Shown here in pieces: positions 48,700 to 61,385 of a DNA stretch of 64,000 bases. The notes under the pieces were generated by a model. That model searched no databases. It was not told where the DNA came from and worked only from the letters and a program-made list of their open reading frames with translations. Every line of letters begins with the position of its first letter. The stretch's first letter is position 1. The stretch spans positions 62,001-126,000 of the forward strand of contig NMRA01000157.1 of NCBI GenBank assembly GCA_002633005.1, given 5' to 3'. The translations under genes were made by a program, and so were the position numbers. This DNA comes from Phoronis australis (lineage: Eukaryota > Animalia > Phoronida).

Positions 48700-49220
48700 T
48701 CTAAAGGCCTTTTACTTCAATACAATCTAATTCTCTCACTGCTCATTGAGGTGCCTAGTGTAGCAGACAAAGCAAATGGATCAAACAGGTTAATCCTACA
48801 GGAGGTAGACTGCAGTAACTCTTCACCCATTTAGCACACAATATGGCCAACAAGTGGAATTTTATTTTGCCAAATTTCTCTACAAAAGGAAAGATTTAAG
48901 AAAATGTAAGTCTACCATTAGCTAGCTTCGTTCTGTGTAGTTGTCACAAAACAACATTTGATCATGTTTCAATCACTTGCAGCACGATAATCAGCCTTAG
49001 AAAAGTGGAAAATCGCAATTTTGGAAATTATTTTTGTGCAAAATAAGTGGTGAACCAGCCTAAGTCTCTGTTCGCATGTCACTCCTACACGACGCACTCT
49101 ATTTCTCACTAAAATAATGCAACCACCAGGAACAACAGTGAAATCAACCAGAAAACCGTGTAGTCAACAAATCAGGCGTAGTCAAGTCAAGCTCTCACAT
49201 TTTATGTGACCAGCCTTTAA

Positions 49221-49610
49221 GGTTTTGTAGGACCCTAGAAAAATGGCCAAATCTGACCAACTTCGCAACATTATATCAAATGAAAGACTGGTTTCAAGTG
49301 AAATATTCAGATATCATGTTTTGTGCACTGCTCTCCAAAAACCCTGCTAGGAATTCTTTTTGAAATATCTCGCTCCTTTATGAGAGGCTATAAAAATGGA
49401 CTCTTGTAACTTTCGTGAAAAAAATGAAGTTGCATAAACGATAACAAAACGATACTTTTAATAAACTTAAACAGCATTTGTGAGATTTCACCTTGAACAT
49501 TTACAGCAAATAAAATTTCATCACGTTATTGATACCGATGTTTTGCAATCAATATACCCAACCATTCTTTTTTGCTGAACTTACTAAAAAGACATGGTCA
49601 TGTTGCCCCC
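49221..49610. mobile_element. TTAA-flanked non-autonomous DNA element (Kolobok-like); related remnants near 9972-10420 and 46112-46480
   Basis: ttaa|gg ... cc|ttaa; shared gaaa..ttcagata block. Confidence 0.5.
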
Positions 49611-49772
49611 TTAAGAAATCAGTTCACAAAAATGCCTCAAGTATAACATCCCACACTTGGTAAACAACATTTTCATACCACCCTTTACCATTAACAAAAT
49701 ATCAACTCATAGCCTCCAATCATTCACTCGTTTTTATAAACAACATAGACCAATAGATACGTGCTTCATCAG

Positions 49773-49970
49773 CTCATAAAATTGATTGCTTGTCTTCATT
49801 TGAAATTATTTAATTTACCAGTTACCACGTTCTCTTCTTAGCTCATTTAATTACGACAAAATTATTATTTACTCATAAAATTGATTGTTTGCCTTCATTT
49901 GAAATTATTTAATTTACCTGTTACCATGTTCTCTTCTTAGGTCATTTAATTGTGACAAAATTATTATTTA
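49773..49970. repeat. 99-bp tandem duplication
   Basis: ctcataaaattgattg...gacaaaattattatttta starts at 49773 and again at 49872. Confidence 0.88.
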
Positions 49971-51180
49971 TTTTTTATTATTTTGTGTAATTAGTCAATT
50001 ATTGTATGGCGGCTAACTCACAGACATGTAACCCACCTTTGCATGTAACCATAGTGCTTGTGTTGTATGCATATGTATACACATAAACATGCGTATACAT
50101 ATCACTTATTTTAAATGTAAATTGTTTAACTTATCTAAAAATAAATTCTACTCACCCAAAAACTATTAGTGAAAGATTAGTAAAAAGTCAAAAATCAAAT
50201 TCTTAGGGCTTTCTAAATTCAGAAAACTATACATTTGCCGAGTTAAAATCTACAGTTTTATAGCCATTTGGCTAATTAGGCAGACTTTACTCACTGGTCC
50301 TACACAACCATATCAGTGATACTCTAGATAAATAGCACACGGCTGGAAAACTGCTAACACTTATTTAAGTGATCATCAAAACAAAAATTGCTTGACTGCT
50401 TCTGTATTCCAACATGACCAAGTGTTCTATAAATATATTTACAAAAGCATCCTGGATGTTATGCGTGACCTAATTTTCTGTGTACATACATCTCCTGTAT
50501 AGCATCTTCAACAGTTATTGCCAAGCACAGGATCAATACAGTTGTTTGCACAGATAATATCTGAGCAAATATGTGTAAGTGAACATACTATATAATCACC
50601 CTAGTAACAACACCTAAATAGACCCCTAGTTTGCATTCTTGACAGTTTCCTGAAAAAAATATCGTGAAATTCTAAAAACACGCCCTCCGGACCAAGCTGT
50701 TTCGCTTCTCCAAGAAAGAGGTATCTGGTGGTGAATCAACACATTGGGTGTATATCAAAAAACACTATGAGCAATTTGTATACATGAATGATATCGCCCT
50801 AAGCAGGCCTGGTATGTAAAAAGCACAACACATGACCCATTTGTTTCATGTCACAGGAGCAATGAAGCAATACGACATGACCCCTCATTTGGTTAGTAGC
50901 ACAGCGGAATATCAAGAAGGCAAGCAGGAGTTTAGCCTTGAGTTTCTCATCGCTGCTGAGAGTTTGTCATCGCTGCTATGTTGCAAAATTCCTTGCTACG
51001 TCAGGTGAAGGCAATGTTGACCTACATACATCTTTTTCCATCAATGTGTTTTGAAACCAATCAATTCACGGCTGATGGCAGTTTGCGTGGGAACAATCAT
51101 GAACTTCACCTGCCTAATGCAATAGCAAACACTACAAGCATCACTTTTAATGCTGCTTATCTTTAATGAGAAAAAAAGTG

Positions 51181-52270
51181 AACAAGAACAACGCAGAGTA
51201 TCGATATGTGCATGCTGCATGCGTCACACAGTAAGCGTATAAGTGGTGCCATCTACAATGGGGAGTTTATCACTCACTGAGAAGTGCTGCAACTGTCAGA
51301 TCTGCCCAAAAATCAACACCCATCATGCTTTCCTCAATAGGAACGCACAGGACAAGCTTCATGAAGGTCCATCAAAGAACTTGGCAGATGCTGAGGCCAA
51401 CGCAAAGAAAACAAATTGCCACAAGGGAGCACCTCGGTATGCCGATCTGTCCAAAAATCAACATAAGTAATGCTCTTCTCAAAAGTAGCACGCATACACC
51501 AAATTTCATGATCAACTGCTGACTGAGGAACTTGTAGGTTATTTAGGGAACCAAACAAAAAACAGCACGTCAAAGTAGTCGGAACTCTCCGAAAATCAAA
51601 GACAGCTGTGCCATCCTCAATACAATCTAATATTAAGTTAAATTTCATAAAGATTCACCCACAGGATATTTACCGTACTAGTACTCAAAAACTAATGTCT
51701 CAGACATGCTCTTCTTAAAAGGAACTCATCTGCCAAGTTTCGCGATGCGTCTTCAATGGTTTGGCAGACAAGGAGGTGTATGCCAAAAAAGACAAGGAAA
51801 TAATATACACAGCTATTAGGGGGCACAGAATAGGTAGAATCCATTTGAAATTAGGGGGCACAGAATAGATACAATGCATTTGAAATTGGGCAGGTGCCAC
51901 CATCGCCTTCATGGACAGTTATTTACCAACTTTCAAGATCAATCAAGGAATTTTATAGACAATGAAGTTGATTGAAAGAAAACTTTAATTACCACGTGTT
52001 TTCTTCAGTAGGAGCACCAATGCCTAATTTCAAGAAAATCCACCACAAAACTTGGAAGACATTGAAATAGAGGCAAAAACCAACAGAATTGCCACTAGTG
52101 GGCGCCACATTAATCGAACTTGTCAACGCCAGTTGCGCTCTTCTCAATAAAACCGCATCTGCCAAATTTTTCAATGATCCTTCCAGTGGTTTGAAGGATA
52201 GAGGCAGATTAAAACAAACTGATGATAAAAGTGGCACACTATGGCCATGAAGAATACCGTATCTGAATTT
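51181..52270 (+). mobile_element. HINE-like element, same family, 3'-truncated
   Basis: Starts aacaaga; same internal repeat units as 44185-45420. Confidence 0.55.
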
Positions 52271-52431
52271 GTCAGAGGCTGGAAAGGTGTCAACTTCTTG
52301 GTAAGAAGCTATAAACACATCCAGGAAGCAAACTTTTGATCTAGACAAGGAATAACACATTCGATAAATCGATTCCAAACATCAAAGTGAACAGGATATT
52401 AGATTGGTGACCTTTATGTTTAGTTTTGGTT

Positions 52432-52828
52432 TATCTTAGTTGGGAGTATGATCAGATCACATTCAGTTTTTCCAGTATCTTAGTTGGGAGTTTGATCAGA
52501 TCACATTCACTTTTTCCAGCTTCTAAGTTGGGAGTTTGATCAGATCACATTCCGTTTTGCTAGTATCTTCGTTAGGACTTTGATCAAATCATATTCAGTT
52601 TTGTTAGATCCTTAATTGGGAGTTTGGATTAAGATCACAATGAGTTTTGCTAGTATCTAAGTTGGGAGTTTGATCAGATCCTGTTCAGTGTTACTAGTAT
52701 CTTAGTTGGGAGTTTGATCAGATCCCTATCAGTTTTTTTAGCATTATAGGTGGGAGTCTGATCAGATCCTGTTCAGTGTTACTAGTATCTTAGTTGGGAG
52801 TTTGATCAGATCATGTTCAGTTTTGCTA
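52432..52828. repeat. 44-bp minisatellite, about 9 copies
   Basis: Unit tatcttagttgggagtttgatcagatcacattcagtttt(g/t)c(c/t)ag repeated head to tail. Confidence 0.93.
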
Positions 52829-53806
52829 CATTGTTGTTAAGGTAATCAGCTCAAAACTTAAATCACGCGGGACACCATCTTGGAATACCAAGAGAACACG
52901 GGTGAGGAAAGCATCGCGTACACCGACAAGCACTCATGAGGTCACAGCTGTTCACGAAATGGGTGCTCAATCCGCTCGCGGACACACTCGCTATAGAACA
53001 GGCTCATGCTGATTTACTGGGGGTCCACTTACACTAACTTCGCAGCTGATTTGTTTGAATAATAATTCCTATCAACATCATTTGTCGTTTCTTCACCTAC
53101 CGCTAGGTCTCTGGTTTAAACACCGGATGGTGTAGTTGAATAATACTCTTGAACTAACAGTGAGGATTGGATTCGAGGTTACTAAAACAATTCTCGCGCA
53201 ATTCACAGTAAATAATGACGGGCTGCTCAGCTATTATCTCTCAGATTTATTTTCTCCTGTTCCTTTACATGTGGCTGTTGGTCTCTAACCATCGATTTTT
53301 CTTATTTTGTTAAGACATTTCTCTAACTGTTGTGAAAAACGCGACAACAGATAATGACAAATGTTGCGTTCCGAGTCGCGGCCTCTAGCAATTACTTCAG
53401 TCAAAGAGGAATTAACCTTTCCCACTGCAATGGAGTTGCGCAACTCCTCACTTTCATCTGTGCCTGTTTGAGAAGAGTTGCGATAGCTAATTAAGTCCGG
53501 GAGTTAAGCTTCTTCATAGAGCGAAACTCCCGCAAAACAAGAGTCAGTTGCGGTGTTGGAGGGAAAGTAACAATAGTCTCATTAATACTGCCCGTCTCTG
53601 GTCATTTACTAATGACACTGACTGACGTAGACACAGCAGTTGAATGACATTCCCAACTGAATGGCGCTAATGATGCTGACACATGGATGAGATAAAATTC
53701 TCCCTCATCACGCCTTTCTAGTCACAGGGGGAGCCACGAATTCAGAAAAGCACAATAAAGGAGCATCAGACACGAAAGCATTTTCAATACCGCGCTTAGA
53801 TGCGTG

Positions 53807-55395
53807 TAACTTTGAACTTATCTGACAAGCCTGCGTATTTAGACAAAGACCTGCAAAACTGAAGATTTTAACTCAATAAAAGCATATATTTTCTAAAAGT
53901 GGAAAGCCAGTAGAATTTGACTTTTTAATATATGACAGCCTTTCATCGGTTGGATTACAAGACCATGTCGTACTAGTAAATTTAAGCAAAGAAGATAGAT
54001 AGATTCATAGCAAAACCAATGACTAAATTTCATTTGAAATGTTCCAAGATGAAATCTCAAAAATGCTGTTGCAGTTTTCTAAACCATAATTTCATTTTTC
54101 ATTTTTTTATTTTATTTTCTCATAAAAATCATGAAAACCCTACCTATTTTCAATAGCCCTCGTGCAAGAGTGCAACATTTTAAAAACGGTTTCTAACAGC
54201 GTTTTGTAGAACAGTGCATGAAGTCTGGTCCAAGAGTTTTATACGGATTCGATCAGACATTTTTGAAATATGATGTTTTAAAGTTAGTTTTCTACGGCGG
54301 TCCTTCATAACCTTAAGACTGCGACATGTTAGCAGCAGAAGTGGATCACTAACACTGACACTGCAAAAATGTGCCGTCATCAGGCATGCAACTGATTCCA
54401 AAACATCTTTTTGCTCAACTGATTAATTTAAAGATGCATAATCTCATTAAATTGTGAATATGCAAATGAAGTACTAATTCAGAAACAACCCCGGGGTCCT
54501 CCAGTGTGCCGGAAACCATCCCAGAACCACTTACCATTACAATCTCACAAAAGTCTCCTTTTGCAAGACTATTTTTATGTAAATGAGTATGGTAACATTT
54601 TATCGGTATCCTAATGAAACAAGGCACAGTGTTTATTATTTATTCATTTCACTATCAAACCGTCAAACAACAATTGCGTAATATTTGGAAATACTGGGGT
54701 TTTAATGTTCAAGCTTGTTTTTCAGTGCATCAGTTGCAGTGTTTTCTTTAAAACCACAATTTATTTACAAATTGTTTCTCTTCCATAATATACTTGCACA
54801 CAGTTCTTCAGGAAGTCACTAGGTGGCGCTAGCTACAAAATTAAATATACACGGTTTCAATGAGACATAGCATCTTTAACATCAATTGACGATAAAATTA
54901 TGAAACACTATAATACAAAACAACACAGAAACAGAGACAGACAGACAAATAGCAGGATGACAAAAATGACTAAGGTATAAGTAAAACCAAACTAGTTTAT
55001 CTACGGTAATTCATCAATTATTTAGAACGCAATATGGCCGACAAGTGAAATTCTACTTAGTCAAATTTCTCCACAAAAAAGCGGTTGATGAAACTTTAGT
55101 ATGGTTTGTACTGTTCAGATGTCGTAAAACAACCTTCGGTAAATATTTCATTATTGGTTTTAAAGTAATCCAGTGTTCTCTACAACAGGGAATTAATGCC
55201 TGATTGGAGTAACAGTTACAGAATTCATGTTCACGTTTGAAACTCCATGTTCACACTGTGGTAGTAGTGTCTTAAGTCTTGGAATAGCTGCACTGAACAG
55301 GTGCCAAAAGTTCAAAATGTCCCATCTTTGCTAAAAATTGACTAATCAATCATCCCCCAATACTTCAAACTCGTTGCATGGGTTTTCAAATTCGA
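53807..55395 (+). repeat. Copy 1 of a ~1.59-kb near-identical duplicate (ends at the N-gap)
   Basis: Aligns to 55760-57344 with about 25 hand-counted differences. Confidence 0.95.
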
Positions 55396-55759
55396 NNNNN
55401 NNNNNNNNNNNNNNNNNNNNNNNNNNNNNNNNNNNNNNNNNNNNNNNNNNNNNNNNNNNNNNNNNNNNNNNNNNNNNNNNNNNNNNNNNNNNNNNNNNNN
55501 NNNNNNNNNNNNNNNNNNNNNNNNNNNNNNNNNNNNNNNNNNNNNNNNNNNNNNNNNNNNNNNNNNNNNNNNNNNNNNNNNNNNNNNNNNNNNNNNNNNN
55601 NNNNNNNNNNNNNNNNNNNNNNNNNNNNNNNNNNNNNNNNNNNNNNNNNNNNNNNNNNNNNNNNNNNNNNNNNNNNNNNNNNNNNNNNNNNNNNNNNNNN
55701 NNNNNNNNNNNNNNNNNNNNNNNNNNNNNNNNNNNNNNNNNNNNNNNNNNNNNNNNNNN
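55396..55759. other. Assembly gap (364 N); a single N also at 8219
   Basis: N run. Confidence 0.99.
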
Positions 55760-57344
55760 TAACTTTGATATTATCTGACAAGCCTGCGTATTTAGACAAA
55801 GACCTGCAAAACTGAAGATTTTAACTCAATAAAAGCATATATTTTCTAAAAGTGGAAAGCCAGTAGAATTTGACTTTTTAATATATGACAGCCTTTCATC
55901 AGTTGGATTACAAGACCATGTTGTACTAGTAAATTTAAGCAAAGAAGATAGATAGATTCATAGCAAAACCAATGGCTAAATTTCATTTGAAATGTTCCAA
56001 GATGAAATCTCAAAAACGCTGTGGCAGTTTTCTAAACCATAATTTTTCATTTTTTCATTTTATTTTTTCATAAAAATCATGAAAACCCTATCTATTTTCA
56101 ATAGCCCTCGTGCAAGAGTGCAACATTTTAAAAACGGTTTCTAACAGCGTTTTATAGAACAGTGCATGAAGTCTGGTCCAAGAGTTTTATACGGATTCGA
56201 TCAGACATTTTTGAAATATGATGTTTTAAAGTTAGTTTTCTACGGCGGTCCTTCATAACCTTAAGACTGCGATGTGTTAGCAGCAGAGGTAGATCACTAA
56301 CACTGACAGTGCAAAAATGTGCCGTCATCAGGCATGCAACTGATTCCAAAACATCTTTTTGCTCAACTGATTAATTTAAAGATGCATAATCTCATTAAAT
56401 TGTGAATATGCAAATGAAGTACTAATTCAGAAGCAACCCCGGGGTCCTCCAGTGTGCCGGAAACCATCCCAGAACCACTTACCATTACAATCTCACAAAA
56501 GTCTCCTTTTGCAAGACTATTTTTATGTAAATGAGTATGGTAACATTTTATCGGTATCCTAATGAAACAAGGCACAGTTTTTATTATTTATTCATTTCAC
56601 TATCAAACCGTCAAACAACAATTGCGTAATATTTGGAAATACTGGGGTTTTAATGTTCAAGCTTGTTTTTCAGTGCATCAGTTGCAGTGTTTTCTTTAAA
56701 ACCACAATTTATTTACAAATTGTTTCTCTTCCATAATATACTTGCACACAGTTCTCCAGGAAGTCACTAGGTGGCGCTAGCTACAAAATTAAATATACAC
56801 AGTTTCAATGAGACATAGCATCTTTAACATCAACTGACGATAAAATTATGAAACACTATAATACAAAACAACACAGAAACAGAGACAGACAGACAAATAG
56901 CAGGATGACAAAAATGACTACGGTATAAGTAAAACCAAACTAGTTTATCTACGGTAATTCATCAATTATTTAGAACGCAATATGGCCGACAAGTGAAATT
57001 CTACTTAGTCAAATTTCTCCACAAAAAAAGCGGTTGATGAAACTTTAGTATGGTTTGTACTGTTCAGATGTCGTAAAACAACCTTCGGTAAATATTTCAT
57101 TATTGGTTTTAAAGTAATCCAGTGTTCTCTACAACAGGGAATTAATGCCTGATGGGAGTAACAGTTACAGAATTCATGTTCACGTTTGAAACCCCATGTT
57201 CACACTGTGGTAGTAGTGTCTTAAGTCTTGGAATAGCTGCACTGAACAGGTGCCAAAAGTTCAAAATGTCCCATCTTTGCTAAAAATTGACTAATCAATC
57301 ATCCCCCAATACTTCAAACTCGTTGCATGGGTTTTCAAATTCGA
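55760..57344 (+). repeat. Copy 2 of the ~1.59-kb duplicate (starts at the N-gap)
   Basis: Aligns to 53807-55395. Confidence 0.95.
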
Positions 57345-60300
57345 TGAGAGCAAGTCAAACTCGTCAAGGGAAAATTCAAACTCAACACTGCGACGAGTTG
57401 TGGAAAGCACTGTAATCACCTATTGAAAAATGAAAAATGATAATTTTGGCGATAACTTTGGCAAAAGAAGTGAAGAATTATTGTAATAGAGGAGAATAAA
57501 TATAATGACATGAACAAGAGGTTATTTAGTTCCAATGGATTAACAGATCCCGATATCAATCTTTACCAAACCTTAGAACTACTTCACCCACCATTCATCA
57601 CTGACAATCCAAGTAAAGCGCTTCAATGAATGGTATTTATTTCTTACTACCACATTACGATAACAGCTTATGAAAAATGCAAATGAACATGACCAGCTCG
57701 TTAATCACTGATGACGAAACTGACCATGGATCTTAAGCAGCATTCAAACATCGTCGAGGACAACTTCCTCCCAAGAGGCACAGTGGTTGTTAAATTATGC
57801 ATTGCAACAAGGGATGTCGTCCAAATCCAAGCGTATTGTTTTAGAGCAGGTGGGTATTCGCGGTTTTTATTTTTGACATTAAACGGTAAATTATGAAGGA
57901 CTTGAGTGAGCGAAAACTAGAGAAGCGTAAGTTCAGGCCAAATCCGTTACTAAAAACATGTTGAAAACAATCACAGTAACATCACTCTCAATAACAAACT
58001 GCTAAACATTGAGCTGGATAACATATTGTGAGAAAAACATATTGCCAATTAACACCGATGGAGATTTTCACTCATCCTGTGGCAAAATACTATTATGGAA
58101 TAATCGCAATTGTTTTCTTAAAAAGCAATGTTTGCCTCAAGATTGGCGCCAGCCACCAGGTGTCGCAGAAATCTGAAAACGTTGACTGTGGCCGGCGTAA
58201 CGTTGCTTTCAATTCTCAACTATAATTCCACGAAAGAATTATGATACTTCCGTATGGGATTGGCAATTAAATAACTAAGCTTAGTAAAATTACGAACAGA
58301 AACCACTTAAAATATGAAATGACCACTTAATGGACAGCAACTCTAAAATTACCATGACGACTTCACTCTCTAGATAACCATAATTTGTAAAGCAATTCGA
58401 GCATGAAAATATATGTGAAAAACAGATTGGCCACTAAATTACTAAAATTACAGGCAGAAAGCACTTAACGTGAAATGACCGCTTAGCGCCTTCAGACAAC
58501 ATTTCACTCCGGAAAGCCACCCTGCGTAAAGGAAGCTGATGTGAATTGCAGACAGGTGAATGACTGATGCCACTCATTCACATACTGGCTTAAAACGTGA
58601 GCAATTTTCATAGAACTTTTGTTGGTGGTCTGAGTTACACAAAAACAATAGCATAATAATCAACCATGTTCTGTCTTGTACATGATATACTTGGGGCCTA
58701 TGGCCATGTGTATATGTCTCAATAAATCATATACATAATCTGTGTCCAGATGGGTTTTTACACTTAAAGCGAAGGCACCTTGAACCAGGTGCAGCTTGTG
58801 AGTACAATAGTTTAATTGACCGTGTGAATAAATTTCAGCTATGTCTACCAACCGACAATCACCCAACAATGCGATTGAAAAACAACTGCCATAGATGAAA
58901 TCCCGCAAACTCTTCCGGTGGTTACTGATCTCTTTCCCTGTTTAGTCAGGGCTGCGTTGCATAGCGTAAGTTGCGAAAGAAAAAAAAAGAGAAGTGGAAC
59001 ACCACACAAAATCACAGAAGTGAAAGGCAGGTGATTAGTGAGTAAACCCAAATCCTTATTAGCAAACACTCGCAAAATGTCACAGGTGAAATGAATAGTA
59101 GGTGAGACTGGGAGGTTGAATTACGGGCGAAATCTGCAAGCAGACGTGCTACTTCTACTTAGTATGCCAAGGTTTCTCGCCGCGCTGTTTTCGCGAGTGT
59201 CTTGATTTATGTAATGCACCCCCAGCTTGGTAGTTATGGTGACGGCTCCACACAGCAATCCAGTCCTCACTGGAACAGAATTCTGAATCGAGTAATGAAG
59301 CCAGAGTAGTGTCAGTGACCATCGAGTGCTTTCTTGTCATTTTATAATCAATTAACACAACTTTTGTAAATCACTGACGTGGAGATAACGAGTGTGGATC
59401 GATTAGCACTCACTCCACCCAAAACCTTCTCATACTCTCCCAAAGCATATTATATCAACAAGTGAAAAACAACCACGATTGATGATCAACAGCAGTCAAT
59501 GACTAATAGGCCAGTATACAATACAGGAAGTCATTTAATGTGTAGACACAAGTCATTACAGGAAACAATATTTGCAATAAATTGTCCTTATGTTTGCTAG
59601 TCATAAATATATGGGTGACAAGAAAATTCTTCAATTAGTTTGACACACGGAAATAACTACAATTCTATTTTCTGGCCAAGTTATCATCTCAAAAATTTAG
59701 GATTCAATAAGGAGGGCAAAATATATTCTATAATTTCTCACTTTTTGGTAAAAAAGAAAGTTATGCTTTACCATATTACTAGACCTACAATAACTGGGAA
59801 TACGCAGCAATGCTAGTTTAAACTTTTGAGAATAAAAAGGCAAATCTGGCAAATTACATACTTTTTGATATTGCCGAAAACTGTTCTGATAACCTGGACC
59901 AAATAATCACCATTTTGCTGAAAAATTTATAAAAAGTAAAATTCTATTCATACATCATAACGAGCACTAAAAAAAACTTACCTCTAAGTTTTGCTGAACT
60001 GATGATTTAAGCATTAAGCTCAGAGAGGATAAGAACTGGCCAGCTTCACACAAAACAATCGTACATCAAATCTTTAACAAGTTCATGTCAGCTGAGGTAA
60101 TAGCTATAGCATGTTTTTACCTGGATAATGTTTGATTTCCCATTGTTTGATGTCACATGAGACATTCACAAGCTACACTGACAAAGAACTAAGCAATATT
60201 TGATCTCAGAGACAGCAGACACTGTTGACTGAAGTTCAAATTACATCTTGACCAATCCACTATGGACTGACATGAGGACATGTCACACACAATCCAAGCT

Positions 60301-60663
60301 GTATACCAGGGAAAGAGGGAAGGAAATCCTAATGGTGGCCAACCACATTGGTGCTATGGTTGACCAAGTCAATAGTTGCTATTCCAGCACTAGTGCTGAC
60401 AAAGTCGGTTATTGACCCAAACCTAACGTCCCAAAATATTTGGTAACGGGCTACGCTATCCTTAACACCAATTTTGTCCCTTCATCAGTACCCTTTAGAC
60501 ATTAACTTTTGGTACAGCCCATCTGACACAGCGCAAGATGATCGGTGTCAAGTGGCTGTTTACACATACAAAATTCAGAAACGGTGGCAAGACGGAAGTT
60601 GCAGGCAGGAGTGTGGAGAGCTTAAGCGCAAAGTTGCAAACTGCACGACTCAGTTCATTTATT

Positions 60664-60718
60664 ATTGTTGTTCTTGTTGTTGCTCTTGTTGTTTCTGTTG
60701 TTGTTGTTGTTGTTGTTC
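60664..60718. repeat. Imperfect (GTT)n microsatellite
   Basis: Directly visible; explains the poly-Cys, poly-Val and poly-Thr ORFs here. Confidence 0.9.
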
Positions 60719-61009
60719 TCATGCGAATTCTAGCTCCAAAAATGTACAGCACTCCCTCATTTTTGAGTAACAAACAGCCAGAGCGTTCACAGCGCCTTGC
60801 CCTATCCATGTGCTAAAAGTGTGCTCACCTACAATATGCAAAGATCCTGTGCAAATGAAGTTCCCTGAAGTACCGGGTATTTACCCAAACTGATCGATTT
60901 CCGACTGCCCAGTTTAAGCCCCCTTGTACCCAGGTGAGTGCAAAAACTATAGCAATGTTCTTGGTCGTTATTGGTACTGCTATTTTTCAGTTTTCAAATA
61001 TGACACAGG

Positions 61010-61385
61010 AGGTGCGGTATCAACTTCAGTCTCATCAAAGTTATCACCAGGGGTCACTGCTATCGTCAATAAATAAAGAACAGTGTCGTCTATAATTAAT
61101 GAACAGTGTCGTCACTAATAGTTGCTTTATATTTTACTCGAATAATCACCAATCGAATTAGCAATAAGTTTTATGTCAATTAGCAGACGTAAATTTTCCC
61201 AAGTTGTCCTAAAACCTTAGGATGCATCAGCGCTACCGTGCGATTACTTTGATGACGACAGTGTCACCTACCATTTACTTCGATGCTATTCGCTACCAAA
61301 GCTGGTATGATATGAACCATTCAATTAACTTCGCAGTTTACATGGACACTCTGCCATACTGGAGTTAAGTTAGTATGAAAGGGCC
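61010..61385. mobile_element. Truncated third copy of the 40591 MITE family
   Basis: ctcatcaaagttatcaccagg, taatcaccaatcg and acagtgtcacctacc blocks; ends tagtatgaaagggcc|tta. Confidence 0.78.

Noticed and set aside
50156-50162. 7-nt AG...GTGAGT microexon-like segment on the minus strand
   Set aside because: Poor pyrimidine tract, would be non-coding, and has no supporting motifs; kept as a reminder that such patterns arise by chance
52432-52828. 44-bp array as a CRISPR-like locus
   Set aside because: Units are contiguous with no unique spacers, there are no cas genes, and the context is eukaryotic; it is a minisatellite
55338-55815. ORFs of 137-146 aa
   Set aside because: Artefacts of translating the N run
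53807-57344. True tandem segmental duplication
   Set aside because: Both copy boundaries coincide exactly with the gap edges, which is the signature of uncollapsed haplotypes
60474-60816. Cys-rich or transmembrane-like small proteins
   Set aside because: Produced by the (GTT)n microsatellite inside repeat-derived DNA
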